A DNA stretch of 64,000 nt, taken from positions 188,666,001 through 188,730,000 of the forward strand of contig OZ038378.1 in NCBI GenBank assembly GCA_964036045.1. The letters are read 5' to 3'. Shown one piece after another: positions 62,106-64,000 of the stretch. Origin of the DNA: Eutreptiella sp. 'Long Island Sound 2002' (lineage: Eukaryota; Protista; Euglenida). The first letter of the stretch is position 1; each line of letters begins with the position of its first letter. A program made the position numbers and the translations under genes. Under the pieces are notes generated by a model. The model was not told where the DNA came from and ran no database searches. It saw nothing but the letters and a program-made list of their open reading frames with translations.

Positions 62106-64000
62106 CCTTCTCGGGGGCCCAAAAGAGGGTGGAAATGCTACGTCACCCTTGCATTCTCGGGGGTCCCCAAAAAGGGGACCATTTTTTTTGGGGGGGGGGG
62201 TAGGTGGGTCGGCTCGTCAGGCGCCGGGCTATCCAGGGGGGATCGGTGGGTACCCCAACATAGGGGGAGTGTTTGCCCGGCGCCTTTTCTATCAACTATC
62301 CCGATTTTAGCCCCAGATTTACCCTCTCATGGATAAGCCCCCTGAGTACTTTTCGCACCCGGTTGGGGTCTAGAATTCCAACAGGCCGCCCCCCTCGAAC
62401 CTAGCGACTGAAATTGGATGTTTGACCCCTTGTAATTTCATTATTTCAGGAAACAAATATATCCCCCAACGAATTTTCTTCGATTCCCACCCCTCATTCC
62501 ACCCGTAGCTGGGTGCCCCTTGGGGGGGGGGGGGGTTGGTGGGCAGGGGTGTCAAAAATTGAAATGGAAATCTTGACCTCCCTTTTTTTACCTCAAAATC
62601 ATGAATCACCTTGCAAAGGTTGTTAGAGCAAAACCACATGGATGGGGAAAAGCCACATATCAACCCCTTTTTCGGCCCCAAGGGGTTGGATTTGTGTTTG
62701 GACCCATTGTAAATACTTATTTTGCACAATAAGAGTACCCCTCAATGACTTTTTGGTTAGCCCCCCCCTCTAACCCCCCCCCCCCCCACACCTCAAACGC
62801 ACTTTTAGGAGAGGGGGAACCATGACCTCCCTTTTTCTTGCGTCAAAAAGTCATGAATGTTTTGGTTTTATGCGATTTTGAGCCAAAAGTTTGTTTTTGG
62901 GTCTTGGCTCTGCATGGGGTTTGTCTATGCGGATTGGGATAAGTGCTTGTGAGTTTATGCAGTTTCAACCATTTTTGTTACGGTACTGGTTTTGGTGGCG
63001 TTTGTGACCCTTGGTATCCCCCTTGTGGGGTGCGATGGGATGATGTGACAATATCCCCATCCTAGAATGCAAAAGGACGTGTTTCGCAGCGTCCCACCTT
63101 GCCTAGGGCTGGTCATGTGCTGCCCTAGAGGCGGCTTTTTGGAATTATTTCCACTTTGGTGGGCAAAGTTTGGTTGGCCTACAGCCACCACTATGCATGG
63201 GTCCAGGCTGTGGTCCCATTCCGCTTGGCCTTAGGCCAAGCTTGGGTCACTATTTGGTGACAGCTGGAGCACACATAAAGCCATGGGGAGCTGTGCAGCA
63301 CCAATAAGCCCCTCCTAGTGGCGACCACTAGCCCATGAAAGCAACGTTTTGCACTAGGATGGGCAATTTTGGTTGGCATTTAGCCACCACTATGGGTCCA
63401 TTCACACCCTGATTCTATTCCACTTTTTTCTTCTATGTGGACCCCCATTTGTCTTCTATCTCCAACTACCCCAAATTGGCCCCGCTATGGGGCGCCAAAA
63501 GTGAGGATGTTGCCATTTTCTTGCTGGCATGGGTTGGCTGACAATTACAATTTCGGGGTACCTCAAGGGAGTGCTAGCACTGCACATGGTGCGCGTTGCG
63601 CGCATCATGTGCGAACGCACAGCGTGTGTATTGGGGTTGTGTATTGGGGCTGATTCCATAGACTTACACACCTATTTTACAGGGCACTGCATGTGTTTCC
63701 AAGCTGTAAAAGGTGTGACCATTGCACATAGTGCATTGTGTCCTCTTACGGTACAACCATGCCCTTGTCACGGCTTCCCGTGGGCATCATTGTCCGCTAC
63801 ACCCGATCAAATGGTGATTGGGTGTCTGCCACCGTCATCTCCCCATCCGAGTGTGGGCAGTATTTGTGCACATTGAGTATGACGCCAAAGGTCACCATAT
63901 GCCTCACTCCACGGCACTTGCTCACCAAATTGAAGCCACTAGGAATTTAGTAGCAACCATCCAAAAGCCATTGAGAATAACGGCAACCATCCACAAGGCA

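Noticed and set aside
57917-62400. ~35-bp inverted match (GGGGGCGGCCTGTT..GAATTC.AGACCCCAACC) bracketing the patchwork as possible TIRs of a composite element
   Set aside because: The similarity does not extend outward to defined termini and no TSD was found. More likely two independent MITE fragments.
63738-63950. VGIIVRYTRSNGDWVSATVISP, a Tudor/SH3-like fragment
   Set aside because: Short, with no splice context or supporting motifs. Probably part of a decayed repeat.

Overview
Eukaryotic nuclear DNA, most likely from a euglenid. This is inferred from a 21-nt match to the euglenid spliced leader, CCCTAA telomere-type repeats and GT-AG introns. No prokaryotic operons, rRNA, tRNA or CRISPR arrays were seen. 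Host genes are sparse and lie in a mass of transposons. (1) The 3' part of a phosphoinositide phospholipase C: a C2-domain exon at 4643-5017, probably joined across a ~21-kb intron to a last exon at 26161-26481 that ends in CLVS*. (2) An apparently complete 3-exon TLC-domain membrane protein gene (41058-54053, 321 aa). (3) A decayed, intronless ammonium-transporter fragment. The rest is a nested TE landscape. It includes four hAT-type insertions with exact 8-bp TSDs read by eye (one with a tandem-PHD transposase, one with a hATC+SAP relic) plus a probable hAT MITE. It also includes PHIS/ISL2EU-like DDE elements with a C-terminal Cys/His finger, a tyrosine-recombinase retroelement with VIPER/TATE-like gene order, an L1-like LINE with RNase H, a 2.25-kb element with 74-bp direct terminal repeats carrying a spliced-leader relic, and a ~1.16-kb tandem array punctuated by telomeric repeats. 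A rearranged patchwork at 58.3-62.3 kb preserves the empty sites of some insertions. All protein calls come from motif recognition by eye, with no database searches. Frameshifts at long G/C homopolymers could be sequencing artefacts. Most ORFs in the supplied track are spurious translations of repeats.
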